Shown here: positions 30,896 through 40,695 of the stretch, piece after piece | Numbering within the stretch: position 1 is the stretch's first letter | Layout: every line of letters starts with the position of its first letter | Virus record (IMG/VR): IMGVR_UViG_3300011008_002712 | Direction: 5' to 3' (one strand) | DNA length: 64,000 bases | DNA from: a virus | Lineage: Duplodnaviria > Caudoviricetes | Notes under the pieces: model-generated | Database searches by the model: none | The model's input: the letters and a program-made list of their open reading frames with translations, nothing else | What the model was told of the DNA's origin: nothing | Position numbers and translations under genes: made by a program

Positions 30896-32410
30896 TTATA
30901 AAATCTCTCTAACACAATCGTATTTTTCATTGTTAAGAGTTTCTATTAAAATTTCAAATGGATCCGTTTTAGAAGACATTACCATTTTCAAAAGATTTTG
31001 ACTATATCCGGATAATAATATCGTTCCAGTGGAATGGCGGTTGATTGGAATTCCGTTTGTTCTGCTATTGACATTCCAGAAAACTAATCTTGGAAGTGTA
31101 TAGCCATTTTCTTCCCAATGTCTTCCGATTTCTGTAAATAATTCATCATTTTTATGACGATAATTACATGCATCAAATTCCATATCTGAAATAACTAATA
31201 CAGACTTTGGAAGTTCTTCTTGACTGATATGCTCTCTTATAGCTGTTCTTAAAATCAAATCAAATGTAGCTTGGATATTAGTAGTAGAATAGTCATTGTA
31301 CCTTCTCAGCATCACTAATTTGTCATGAAGATTGGAACAATTAGAAATATCTACAATTTGAGGATGAGAAGAAAATGTTATGAATTTGTTTACATATTGT
31401 CCCTTGTTATTTTGACAGCAGTACAAAGTAATAGCATCTGCAATTTCAATGCAAGGCATCTTGGAACCTGGTATGCTCCATGTCATAGAACCAGACCCAT
31501 CCCTCACAATCAATGTATCTTCAAAACCTTCAAAGAACTTTTGATTTTCCCACATATTTTCAATTGCTTGATCAAAATATTTTATGTAACCATTTTGGCT
31601 GCAGTACATATGGACGATATCTGACGGAAATGCAGTTTTTGCATTCATGGATTTTTTTCCATCTTTAACATCTTCCAAGTATTTGTTCCTACGTTTATAG
31701 TCATGTTTGATAAAAGCATTCGCATATTTAATATTCGCTTTGCTTGGAACGTGTTCGTAATTAATATGTTCCCAATCTTTTTTACACATTCTTGATTCTA
31801 CTAAATCAATGACTGAGCGCAAAGAAGAAAGCATTTTACGATAATTACGAATTGGCATTCCCATTTTTTTAGCAAACGTTTCAGCTAGCCTCTTTTGTTT
31901 TTTACTGCTAGTCTGAGCGCTTGGCATCCATTTTGCTAATAATGAAACATGTCCAGTGTCTATGTTCTTAATGTCTTCTTCTAGCTGAGACTTAATTTTA
32001 TTAATAATTATATTTTTAGATTCATTATCTACTTGCTTATAAATAGAAATAACATCATCATATCTTCCGAATGAATGGAGATTCAACTTCAAAAGTTTAT
32101 GCAACAAATCTGGATTATTCCTGCCAATCGCAATCAACATTGACCTAAAAATGCTTCTTTCTCCAATCCCATCAGAAATATCTCTAGAATATAGAAGCCA
32201 ACGAAGAGCATATTCATTATTTTCATCATATGCACCTAAAAACTTCTCATATAATGCTTCAAATTTATGATTCAATGAAAGCTTTCTTAATGATGGAATG
32301 CTAAAATTAATGTCAACTAACTTGCTTTTAGATGTTTCATTCATAATAGCGCCATTTTCAGAAAAAATAATGCCTTGATCTTGAAGTTTCGTCATAAAAT
32401 CTTTTTTCAT
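30896..32410 (-). CDS. DUF2828-family Ro/TROVE-like protein with C-terminal vWA domain
   Basis: SENGA, RDI..G.GER, SLLAKWMPS, MIDAS DGSGSM, ITFSSHP, ISDMEFD, VFWNV, SGYS. Confidence 0.9.
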   Translation of the reverse strand: MKKDFMTKLQDQGIIFSENGAIMNETSKSKLVDINFSIPSLRKLSLNHKFEALYEKFLGAYDENNEYALRWLLYSRDISDGIGERSIFRSMLIAIGRNNPDLLHKLLKLNLHSFGRYDDVISIYKQVDNESKNIIINKIKSQLEEDIKNIDTGHVSLLAKWMPSAQTSSKKQKRLAETFAKKMGMPIRNYRKMLSSLRSVIDLVESRMCKKDWEHINYEHVPSKANIKYANAFIKHDYKRRNKYLEDVKDGKKSMNAKTAFPSDIVHMYCSQNGYIKYFDQAIENMWENQKFFEGFEDTLIVRDGSGSMTWSIPGSKMPCIEIADAITLYCCQNNKGQYVNKFITFSSHPQIVDISNCSNLHDKLVMLRRYNDYSTTNIQATFDLILRTAIREHISQEELPKSVLVISDMEFDACNYRHKNDELFTEIGRHWEENGYTLPRLVFWNVNSRTNGIPINRHSTGTILLSGYSQNLLKMVMSSKTDPFEILIETLNNEKYDCVREIL

Positions 32411-33179
32411 ATTGATCTCTCCTCATGTGAGACATAAAACAAAAAGCACTGTAAGTGCTTTACTAGATTTATAATAATGTATCAGGCTGTTTGCTCTAGA
32501 AGTCAAACGCGTATATGCTGTTTAGAATTAATTTTCTTTATGTTTTATTTGATTTAAATAAATGTAAATAATTTAAATAGCTGTAAAAATCTGAACACAT
32601 ATATACAAGCTTTTTGTTTTGATATCTTACTAGATGCAAAATAAACAAAAAAATATACTTTGAACTGTAATTTTTATTCTTATAATATTTTTATAGCAGT
32701 TAGCGCATCTCAATATCAATTATATAATAGAATATAAAATGATTTTTTATATTGAAAAACTCCGAAATGCAAAATAATGGAAAAATAGTTGTACAGTATG
32801 TACTTTTTAGCATAATTAGTGTAAAATAAAACTATAAAGAAACAAGCATCTTTTCATCACGACAAACTTGCCACTTGTCATCAACGCATTACTTTTCTTG
32901 TTTCAGATGCAAACTGAATGCTAAGGTTATTCTATATAATCTTAGCATTCTTTTTATTTCTAAAAATAAGTTTTTATATTTTGATTATTATAATATTGGG
33001 ATGGGAAAAAGATACAAAACAATAGGGCAAAATAATGGTAAACAAAAAAGTCTCTTCTATTGATGTAGTTGAGACTTTTTTATTTTTCAATCAATTCTAA
33101 CAAAATCTCTATACGTTATTTACATATGCATCATAGTATGTTAAGATCTAATTGGGAGAGTCTAATAAAAAGGAGATAA

Positions 33180-34742
33180 ATGTATATGTCTAATTCGAAC
33201 ATGAAAGATATACAAGAAGCTAGAAATAATTCTGGCAGAAGCAAAGAAATCGAAATGCTGTTTCATGTGGCGATGAATAAAATAAACACGCATATTAAAG
33301 AAAGTAATTTAAATTGTTCGACAAATATCATGTTTGGAGGATTTATTGATGAATTATATGAACCGGTAAGGCTAATATATAAGAAATCTCAAAATATCTT
33401 TATTATCTATTTTTCTTCTCATTTTATGCACAATGATAATGACAAAATACTGAATGTTATTATTAGGTATATCATAACCACAAACAAAAATAACACGTTT
33501 AAGACTATACCTGAGATAAGAGAAGAAATGAAAAAACTTCCCTTTGATACTCATTATGATGTAGCATTCAGAAACAATTATCTTGTATCTGATTCTCCAG
33601 TTACAAATGGAGTGATATGTGAATCTTGCCTGCGCATCTATCATTGTTCAACTGATTCAGATATGTTTAAGCATGTCGAAAATTATAAATGCCAATGTTC
33701 TCCAGATGGGGGCAAATTGGCATTAATTATTAATGGAAAGAAACAAATGGATCCAAAGAAAATGGATTTTTATAAGAATCTAAATTTAGATGATGTTAAT
33801 AAAGCTAAAAAAGAAAGAGAGCTTCATCAAAAAGCACTTGAACAAATGCTGACAGAAGACGATTTTGAAATAGATACATTTAATGAAGAATGTCTTGAAA
33901 TAATCAATAAGATCATTGAAGAAAATCCAAAGGGCGTCAACAGGAAACCAATCAATGAATTTATTGACAAATATGTAGACAATCAAGATTATATGGCAAT
34001 GATAGCGCAAGCATTCCCCCATCAATATTATAATGCATATAGATATTCTGGTTATGAAAACCAGCAAAAAATCATTAATAATCCGATTATGCATCCAAGA
34101 TGGAAAGAATGGGATTTAGAAACAGAAAAACAAAGAGTAGAAGGAAAAATCAAATATGCAGAACGCCAAGCTGCAAAACCACAAAACATAGAAGAAATCA
34201 TAAACAAATTAGATGTTAAGGAATCAACCAAGAAAAACCTCTCGGCAGCTTTAGAAAACAAAGGCAAAAAAATATCTCGTATGAAAGTAGCAGAATATAT
34301 AGAACAAGCTATAGCTACAAAAGATGAAGAATTCATTAATGTTATGAATGATAACTTCTCTGAAATCTATTTAGAAAGCTTTAAACATATGCATAAATCT
34401 GCGAGATATTATCTTTATAATAATTTCGCTCCCAAATCAGAAAACTTTAACGAAGAATTTAAAAAGAAATATCCAGGAGTAATAAATGAAAAAAGAAGCA
34501 TTCCTAAAATAGTGATCGAACGTGATCCAAATGCAGATGCAGCAACAAAATTAAATACATTTATGAGAATGTATAAACGAATTGGAAACAAAGAATTAAT
34601 ACATGAAGTTAATGATGCTGTATTTCGTGAGGACAGTGAATATATCAAAATGCTTCATGAAGCGTTTAAAGAAAGATTTGCAAAAGTACGTCCAGCATTT
34701 AGTAATTCAACTCTTGATTATCTAGACAAAATTGGTTTATAG
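33180..34742 (+). CDS. degenerate SprT-like domain, Zn ribbon and three novel repeats; GL-tail group
   Basis: CESC...YKCQC...GGKL ribbon without HExxH; three repeats related to those of 27232 and 40696; ends YLDKIGL*. Confidence 0.75.
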   Translation: MYMSNSNMKDIQEARNNSGRSKEIEMLFHVAMNKINTHIKESNLNCSTNIMFGGFIDELYEPVRLIYKKSQNIFIIYFSSHFMHNDNDKILNVIIRYIITTNKNNTFKTIPEIREEMKKLPFDTHYDVAFRNNYLVSDSPVTNGVICESCLRIYHCSTDSDMFKHVENYKCQCSPDGGKLALIINGKKQMDPKKMDFYKNLNLDDVNKAKKERELHQKALEQMLTEDDFEIDTFNEECLEIINKIIEENPKGVNRKPINEFIDKYVDNQDYMAMIAQAFPHQYYNAYRYSGYENQQKIINNPIMHPRWKEWDLETEKQRVEGKIKYAERQAAKPQNIEEIINKLDVKESTKKNLSAALENKGKKISRMKVAEYIEQAIATKDEEFINVMNDNFSEIYLESFKHMHKSARYYLYNNFAPKSENFNEEFKKKYPGVINEKRSIPKIVIERDPNADAATKLNTFMRMYKRIGNKELIHEVNDAVFREDSEYIKMLHEAFKERFAKVRPAFSNSTLDYLDKIGL

Positions 34743-34751
34743 GAGGAGAAC

Positions 34752-35357
34752 ATGGAAATTGGCAGGTTTTGTTATGATGGAGAATTATCTAATTTGTTTT
34801 ATGACAAACAATTAAGAATTAAAAATAATGGAATAACACACAACAAAATCTGCCAAGTCTTGACAGAACCAAGATATAATCTATATATGACAAAAAAAGA
34901 TGACTGCTATATTCTTACAAGTCGTAAATATGAAGATACATTTGCTAGCATATATATGAATTTTTATGAAAGCAAATATTGCGATTCTTCTTATAAAGAA
35001 ATATCTTTAGCTAGAAATATGATGAATTTTTATTTGATGGTACTTGGTGATTATGTACATAATATAAAAAATTCATTAGCATTAGGCATGATAGAAGATA
35101 AAGAAATAAAAATCAGTTTTAATAGAATAATGGTCGGAAATGAAAAGATGAATTGTCACAAAATTAAATCAATGATAGATCTGAATGATAAGATTGAAAT
35201 CTTTTATAAGAAAAACATTCATTCTTGCATGGTAGGAGATTATTATTGCGTATTTGGTGAAAAAGTTAAAATAATAGGCGGTTCTAATAACAAACTAATG
35301 GCTATTGCAAAAATGATATATAATGTTATGTTAATCTTGAAAGGTAATTTTAAATGA
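34752..35357 (+). CDS. hypothetical protein (paralog of 35354..35842)
   Basis: Shared N-terminus IG...(Y/F)DGEL.N...D. Confidence 0.8.
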   Translation: MEIGRFCYDGELSNLFYDKQLRIKNNGITHNKICQVLTEPRYNLYMTKKDDCYILTSRKYEDTFASIYMNFYESKYCDSSYKEISLARNMMNFYLMVLGDYVHNIKNSLALGMIEDKEIKISFNRIMVGNEKMNCHKIKSMIDLNDKIEIFYKKNIHSCMVGDYYCVFGEKVKIIGGSNNKLMAIAKMIYNVMLILKGNFK

Positions 35358-35842
35358 AGCAGATTGGGGCACTTTTTGATGGAGAGCTTGCAAATATTCT
35401 CTTCGACGGAAGAAACATTATATGTGTACCAGACTATTCAAATGAATTTATTGCAAACATGTTTTTGCATCCATTCGATGAACTTGAGATAGAAACATAT
35501 ACATATGATGAAAGAATTTCAGTTAACCTAATAAGCGATGTATATGATGGTTTTTTCATTAAATTTTTTACTGAAAGAATTTTTACAAAATATGCTGATG
35601 AAAAATATGTGTTTTATGATTGCATTAACGAGTTATTGGAAATGGTCTATAGATTGTTTATTAATGATTCTATAAATTTCGAAATAGAAGAAATAAAAGA
35701 AACAAAACGTTTCTGTTCTATTATCATAAGAGATTCCAATACTTTTGTTCGTAGTAGCAGAAATGAAAGTTATATAGATTCATTAGAAAATGCGATATAC
35801 AAACTTGTAAATTACTATTACAATGTCACATTTAAGAAATAA
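35354..35842 (+). CDS. hypothetical protein
   Basis: ATGA overlap; paralogous N-terminus. Confidence 0.8.
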   Translation: MKQIGALFDGELANILFDGRNIICVPDYSNEFIANMFLHPFDELEIETYTYDERISVNLISDVYDGFFIKFFTERIFTKYADEKYVFYDCINELLEMVYRLFINDSINFEIEEIKETKRFCSIIIRDSNTFVRSSRNESYIDSLENAIYKLVNYYYNVTFKK

Positions 35843-36052
35843 AATAAATCGTGTTAGAAATGTTCCCATTGTTCTTTGAAGTAGTTAGAGCTTCGGCTAT
35901 GATGAATGCATTTGTTCAGTGCAGGAACATCCAGAAAGCATTTTTATGCTAGAAGAGTGCAGCAAAGGCTAGACTTGATTCTAGCCTTTTTGTTATTAAC
36001 TATTTACAAATAATTTTCTTATGATAAAATAGTAAAAAAAGGAGGATGAAAG

Positions 36053-36514
36053 ATGAAAAGAATATGTTTGTTAGTTTTTTCAATTATGTGTTTTTTCAAT
36101 GTATGTTCTGCACAAGAACCTGCTCCATTTCATGACACTTGGACCATGAGAGAATACTATAAGGAAATAAATAACTATTTATCTCATTTAAAAATCACTG
36201 GATGTTATTTCTATGATGTAGTAAATGGATTAGAAACATATACAGCAATATTTGATAAAAATCCAGATAACATTTTGCTAATTGGTATGATGGATGGGAA
36301 AATAGTACAAATTGTATCGTCCGATGAAAATGAGATGCAATTAAATGATAAAATCTTGGCTACCTTGAATATGTTCGGTGCAAATGCAAAAGAAAAAGAT
36401 TTAATGCTTGCAAAGAAAAATGGAGCAATAATGATCAAAGGGAATGACAGAGATTTTATCATAAGATACGAAAAACAAGACATTCCAACATATATCATTT
36501 ATGCTGCAAAATAA
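36053..36514 (+). CDS. secreted protein (paralog of 36609..37100)
   Basis: Signal peptide; shared TG..(F/Y)....NG...Y...F..N block. Confidence 0.8.
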   Translation: MKRICLLVFSIMCFFNVCSAQEPAPFHDTWTMREYYKEINNYLSHLKITGCYFYDVVNGLETYTAIFDKNPDNILLIGMMDGKIVQIVSSDENEMQLNDKILATLNMFGANAKEKDLMLAKKNGAIMIKGNDRDFIIRYEKQDIPTYIIYAAK

Positions 36515-36608
36515 AAAACTAGGCATAGCAAATTTTACGCTATGCCTTTTTAATTTTTGTGTACAATGCTATTTACTTTTGATACAATGAAATCAAAGGA
36601 GTGATTTC

Positions 36609-37100
36609 ATGAAAAAATTGTTGATTGTATTGTTATTCATACCCAATATTTGCTTTGCTATTCCAGTCACAGATATGTCAATAGGAAAATTTATGCATGA
36701 ATTTAATACATGCATTTTGTCAATAACAAATAACAACATTCATGTAACTGGTTTTCATTATTTTTCTAAATTAAATGGACAAGATGTCTATAAAGTAAAA
36801 TTCAACAATAACATAAATTCTAGAATGTATGTATGCTTAAAAAACAATCAAATACAACAATTGCTTTTTATTAATGAGCAATATAATGATGAAGCTCTTA
36901 GACACGCGATAATCAAAGTAAAAGCTTCTCTAATTGCTTTAGGAATCTCACCAGAATCATCTATGAATACAATCACCAAATGTGTAAAAAAAGATGATGG
37001 AAGGGTATATTCGTTTTCAAAACAAGAAAACAGGTTATTGCTTATAGCAGTAGACGACAATGACAAAGAGATTAATTTCCATATATTGGGAGATGAATAA
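36609..37100 (+). CDS. secreted protein
   Basis: Signal peptide MKKLLIVLLFIPNICFA. Confidence 0.8.
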   Translation: MKKLLIVLLFIPNICFAIPVTDMSIGKFMHEFNTCILSITNNNIHVTGFHYFSKLNGQDVYKVKFNNNINSRMYVCLKNNQIQQLLFINEQYNDEALRHAIIKVKASLIALGISPESSMNTITKCVKKDDGRVYSFSKQENRLLLIAVDDNDKEINFHILGDE

Positions 37101-37106
37101 TTTTTA

Positions 37107-37736
37107 ATGAATTACGAAGGTATAAAATATTTTGATGAAAAATTCAATCATAAACATGCAGAGCAAATGATACGAACAATCTTTAATGATTTTTCCTTAA
37201 AACCATCAAAAATAGAAAGTGCTCGTACTTGGAATAACTTCTTTATGAATCATGATAGCATGCATAAACTCGCATTCAAAGGAGCATATGTTCCAGACGG
37301 ATTGAAAGTCATTACAAATGATTTGATTTCTCTAATAGAAGAAATAATTGTAGAAAGCTATAAAAAGAATGTTACATTTTTAATACCAATATACGAAAAT
37401 GTTGCGAAAAGCATGATTCAGTCATCTACTGATTCATTTGCTGCAGCTAATTTATATGTCATGGACATGATAAGTTTTGATTATTGTTTAGCTGTTGATT
37501 TTTCAAAAGAAAAGTACATCAAAGTAATTGATGCTATTTTGACTAATCTAGTATCATTATGCTTGATATATAGAATTAGAAATAAAATTTTCAATATATC
37601 TGAAAGTACATTCACACGTAATATTCAATTACTATTGCATAACGGATATATGCAAGAGAAAGTCATTTTGCCATTTGATAAAATAAGTGACCTAGAAATA
37701 GATGATATATATGAAGAATATGATAAGAAGTATTGA
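37107..37736 (+). CDS. hypothetical protein
   Basis: 209-aa ORF. Confidence 0.75.
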   Translation: MNYEGIKYFDEKFNHKHAEQMIRTIFNDFSLKPSKIESARTWNNFFMNHDSMHKLAFKGAYVPDGLKVITNDLISLIEEIIVESYKKNVTFLIPIYENVAKSMIQSSTDSFAAANLYVMDMISFDYCLAVDFSKEKYIKVIDAILTNLVSLCLIYRIRNKIFNISESTFTRNIQLLLHNGYMQEKVILPFDKISDLEIDDIYEEYDKKY

Positions 37737-37771
37737 AAAATAGTTATTCAAATAAAAAAATTTCAATTTAG

Positions 37772-38150
37772 CTATTTACTTTCTAAGAATTCTATGGTAG
37801 AATAAATTCAAGAGGTAAACAAATAGAGATGAAAGGAAGTGGTGAACAAACAAAAAATTTCAAAAAAACTATTTACAAACGCTGAAGACTATGGTATAAT
37901 ACAATCAAGAAGTGAATAAAAAAGTCGCAGGAATTTTGTGTAAGCACCTCACGTTTGGCATTCCAGATGCTGTGAGTTCCGATAGCAACGGAAACAACGA
38001 ATGCCCTCTTGTCTGGAGAGAGAACCTCAAATGGCAGCGGCGGTGAAGTCCTGAAGGTGGATGAGTAACCTAAAAACTTCTAAAAAAATTTCAAAAAAAC
38101 TATTTACAAACACAGAAGACTATGGTATAATAAATACAAGAGGTAAGGAA
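37772..38150 (+). promoter_or_regulatory. three tandem early promoter modules (37772, 37869, 38100)
   Basis: CTATTTAC...TGGTA(G/T)AAT...CAAGA; none is followed by a substantial ORF. Confidence 0.8.
37925..38071 (+). ncRNA. candidate structured small RNA
   Basis: GC-rich, ORF-less, just downstream of a promoter; nested stems and complementary loops TCCAG/CTGGA. Confidence 0.55.
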
Positions 38151-38570
38151 AGGAGTGGATTATCTTCTAAAACAAAAACACACATCATAAAGATAAATTA
38201 GAAAATACTGGAGAGATAAAAACAATGAAAATGATGAATCGATACTTACTTTAGACCTCCAGAGAGGGCATAAACTGGAAATCAAACGAGCCCATTCTAA
38301 AAAATATTGAAAGGAGTAATTAACTTGTAGCAATATTCTGGAACTCCAGTGGCTTGGCTGGAAATCAAATCTTGACCACACTAAAAATAAAAATAAGGCG
38401 CATAGAAAGGAATATGTGCGGAATGGAGGAATTAAACATAGAGCTAAAATTGTTGTGCAACCGACACACATGAGGTTGCTGAGGCGCTAAAGCGTAGGCC
38501 TGAGGCTCCTGTGCACGGGAGTGGATTTACAGAATTTCTCAGGAACCGGGTTTGTGGAAGGGCCCATTAC
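38150..38570 (+). ncRNA. candidate multi-hairpin RNA
   Basis: Promoter at 38100; repeated CTCCAG...CTGGAAATCAAA hairpins; 3' stems GCAACC/GGTTGC and CCTGAG/CTCAGG. Confidence 0.45.
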
Positions 38571-38711
38571 ATTTTATAAAATAAAAATGAAAGAAGGTGA
38601 TTGAGTTGGCAACAAAGAAGTAGATTGGTTTATATCAAACATTGTATAAAGGAAAAATGCAGGCGAAAAAGAAGCAGCGGCTAAGATGATTGAAGATTGC
38701 CGCTGCTTTAA

Positions 38712-38942
38712 TTATGAAAGATATTTATTGAACAAATTTCTGATTATCGGGATGTATGTTTCTGAATCGGTTTCAATGCTTCTTGGAAGAAATAATTCAA
38801 ATGACTTATCATCTTGATCTTGGACGTTTTTCTTTTGTTTAGTTTGTTCTTTGTTTTTATATTGATTATTGTATCTATTGTGATTAAGAAAAATAGGAGA
38901 AACGGGTTGCACTTTTAAATCATTCATTGTCTCCACTCTCAC
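38712..38942 (-). CDS. small hypothetical protein
   Basis: 76-aa ORF; likely start MNDLK after GGAG. Confidence 0.6.
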   Translation of the reverse strand: MRVETMNDLKVQPVSPIFLNHNRYNNQYKNKEQTKQKKNVQDQDDKSFELFLPRSIETDSETYIPIIRNLFNKYLS

Positions 38943-39252
38943 ATGTTTCTTTAAAATCTTTTGCTATATTGCTCCAACCAGATTGAAAATTACTTAGATT
39001 GGTAAAATTATATTCTTGATTGTATTGATTGTTATTACCGTCTGTATATGTCATGTACATATTAAAGTTTTGATCGTTATCAACTGGAAGCAATTTTTTG
39101 TCTGGTCCAGTAGTTAAAATCATTTCTAAATTCCCATCTTTTTTATAATAAACATCAATGGAATTTACTGTTTTTGCAAAGAATCCAACGCTCTCCATAT
39201 ATTGCTTAATTTCTGGATTTTCGTTAAATGCTAATTTTTTTAATCGTTTCAA
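38920..39252 (-). CDS. hypothetical protein with RLKKxA N-terminus
   Basis: MKRLKKLA; RBS AGGAAGTG. Confidence 0.75.
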   Translation of the reverse strand: MKRLKKLAFNENPEIKQYMESVGFFAKTVNSIDVYYKKDGNLEMILTTGPDKKLLPVDNDQNFNMYMTYTDGNNNQYNQEYNFTNLSNFQSGWSNIAKDFKETCESGDNE

Positions 39253-39440
39253 TTTATCACTTCCTTAAAATATGTACCTTTATAAAAAAAATAAAAAATG
39301 TAAATTAGAACATAACAATGTCTATGAGATAGCAACTACTAGTAGTTGTCAACCATTATTATATATATTTTTCTTTGTTTGCTTGTTTTTATAAATTATT
39401 TCATAATGAAATGCCATTGCAAAATAAAGGAGTTGAAAAT

Positions 39441-40559
39441 ATGAGAAACACGGAATATTTAATAAAACCAGTAATTGAACATATGCAAACTCATTTAGAC
39501 ATGGATGGTAAATATACACATGGAAATATTACTTATTTTTACAGTAACATGATGTCTAATAAATTAGATTATGGATTAAACATACCGAAGCGTAAAAATG
39601 ATATTGTATATATTTACGAAATTGCAAGTTTCGATATCAAAAACATGTTTTGCCAAAAAGGACTTTATCAACTTTTCATCAAAGAAAAAGATAACTATAT
39701 CAAAAATACATTTCAATTTCATCAATTTCGAGTTGTGGATTATTTTAAAGAGTCAATCTGGTATTATAATGCAAATAAATCTGAACCAAGTCAAAAGTTG
39801 TATACAAAAATAAAGAATTTTTTAGATTCAGATAATGATGAACAAGTTTTTCATGATTATAAAAATAAAATTCATTCTTATATCAAGAAATTTGAAAATT
39901 GCTATTTGACAATTCAAATCAATAAATCAAATCATGTTGGAGAACTCCCAATTTTCTATATTAACTATTTTTTAATTACTCCATTTTTTACATTGAAATT
40001 GACAGAAAATGAAGTTTGGAAAATGTTTAAATTTGATAAAAGGATCAAAGAAATTGTTTTTAATACTGTTGCGCGACCAAATTACAGGAACAAAGAGATT
40101 GTTTCATACTTGCTAGGGAATGATAAATCTTATTTTTTAGATCCAATTAATGTATGTCAAGAAAGAAAAACATATTTTAAAAACATGCGTGATAAAAAAT
40201 GCGTTACTTATGTAGACAACAAATTATGCAAAGACGAAATCGCCGAATTGATGAATGATTTTATATATGCAACTTGCAGAGGAAAAACTATGGAGAAACT
40301 CATAGAGCCTCTAGATAGTTTCAAAGATTATTCAAAATATGAAAATGATTTAGGCGCAGTTGTAGAAACAAGAAATTTCAACTACTATTTTTTGAATACA
40401 CAATTTGGAATGATGCCATTAAAATTTTTATATTCAAAGATATTTGATTATGAGGATTTTAATGAAGAAAAAGTAAACAAATACGATAACATTATCAAAC
40501 AACTTGAAGTTATGTACGAAAAGAGGAAAAAGTTAGAAAAAATTCTAATGGAGAAATGA
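39441..40559 (+). CDS. hypothetical protein
   Basis: Start MRNTEY after AGGAG. Confidence 0.8.
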   Translation: MRNTEYLIKPVIEHMQTHLDMDGKYTHGNITYFYSNMMSNKLDYGLNIPKRKNDIVYIYEIASFDIKNMFCQKGLYQLFIKEKDNYIKNTFQFHQFRVVDYFKESIWYYNANKSEPSQKLYTKIKNFLDSDNDEQVFHDYKNKIHSYIKKFENCYLTIQINKSNHVGELPIFYINYFLITPFFTLKLTENEVWKMFKFDKRIKEIVFNTVARPNYRNKEIVSYLLGNDKSYFLDPINVCQERKTYFKNMRDKKCVTYVDNKLCKDEIAELMNDFIYATCRGKTMEKLIEPLDSFKDYSKYENDLGAVVETRNFNYYFLNTQFGMMPLKFLYSKIFDYEDFNEEKVNKYDNIIKQLEVMYEKRKKLEKILMEK

Positions 40560-40695
40560 TTAACAAATTTTTACAAAATTATTCCAAAATATATTTACAT
40601 TTTCGCAATTATTTGTTAGAATAAAAATCAAATAAGAGCATCTGCTCTTTATCGTGCACGAAAGAAATATGATGAAAGAAAGAGAGGAAAAGAAG

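Noticed and set aside
38160-38471. 103-aa minus-strand ORF in the ncRNA candidate region
   Set aside because: Antisense to three strong promoters, no RBS, composition typical of a shadow frame.
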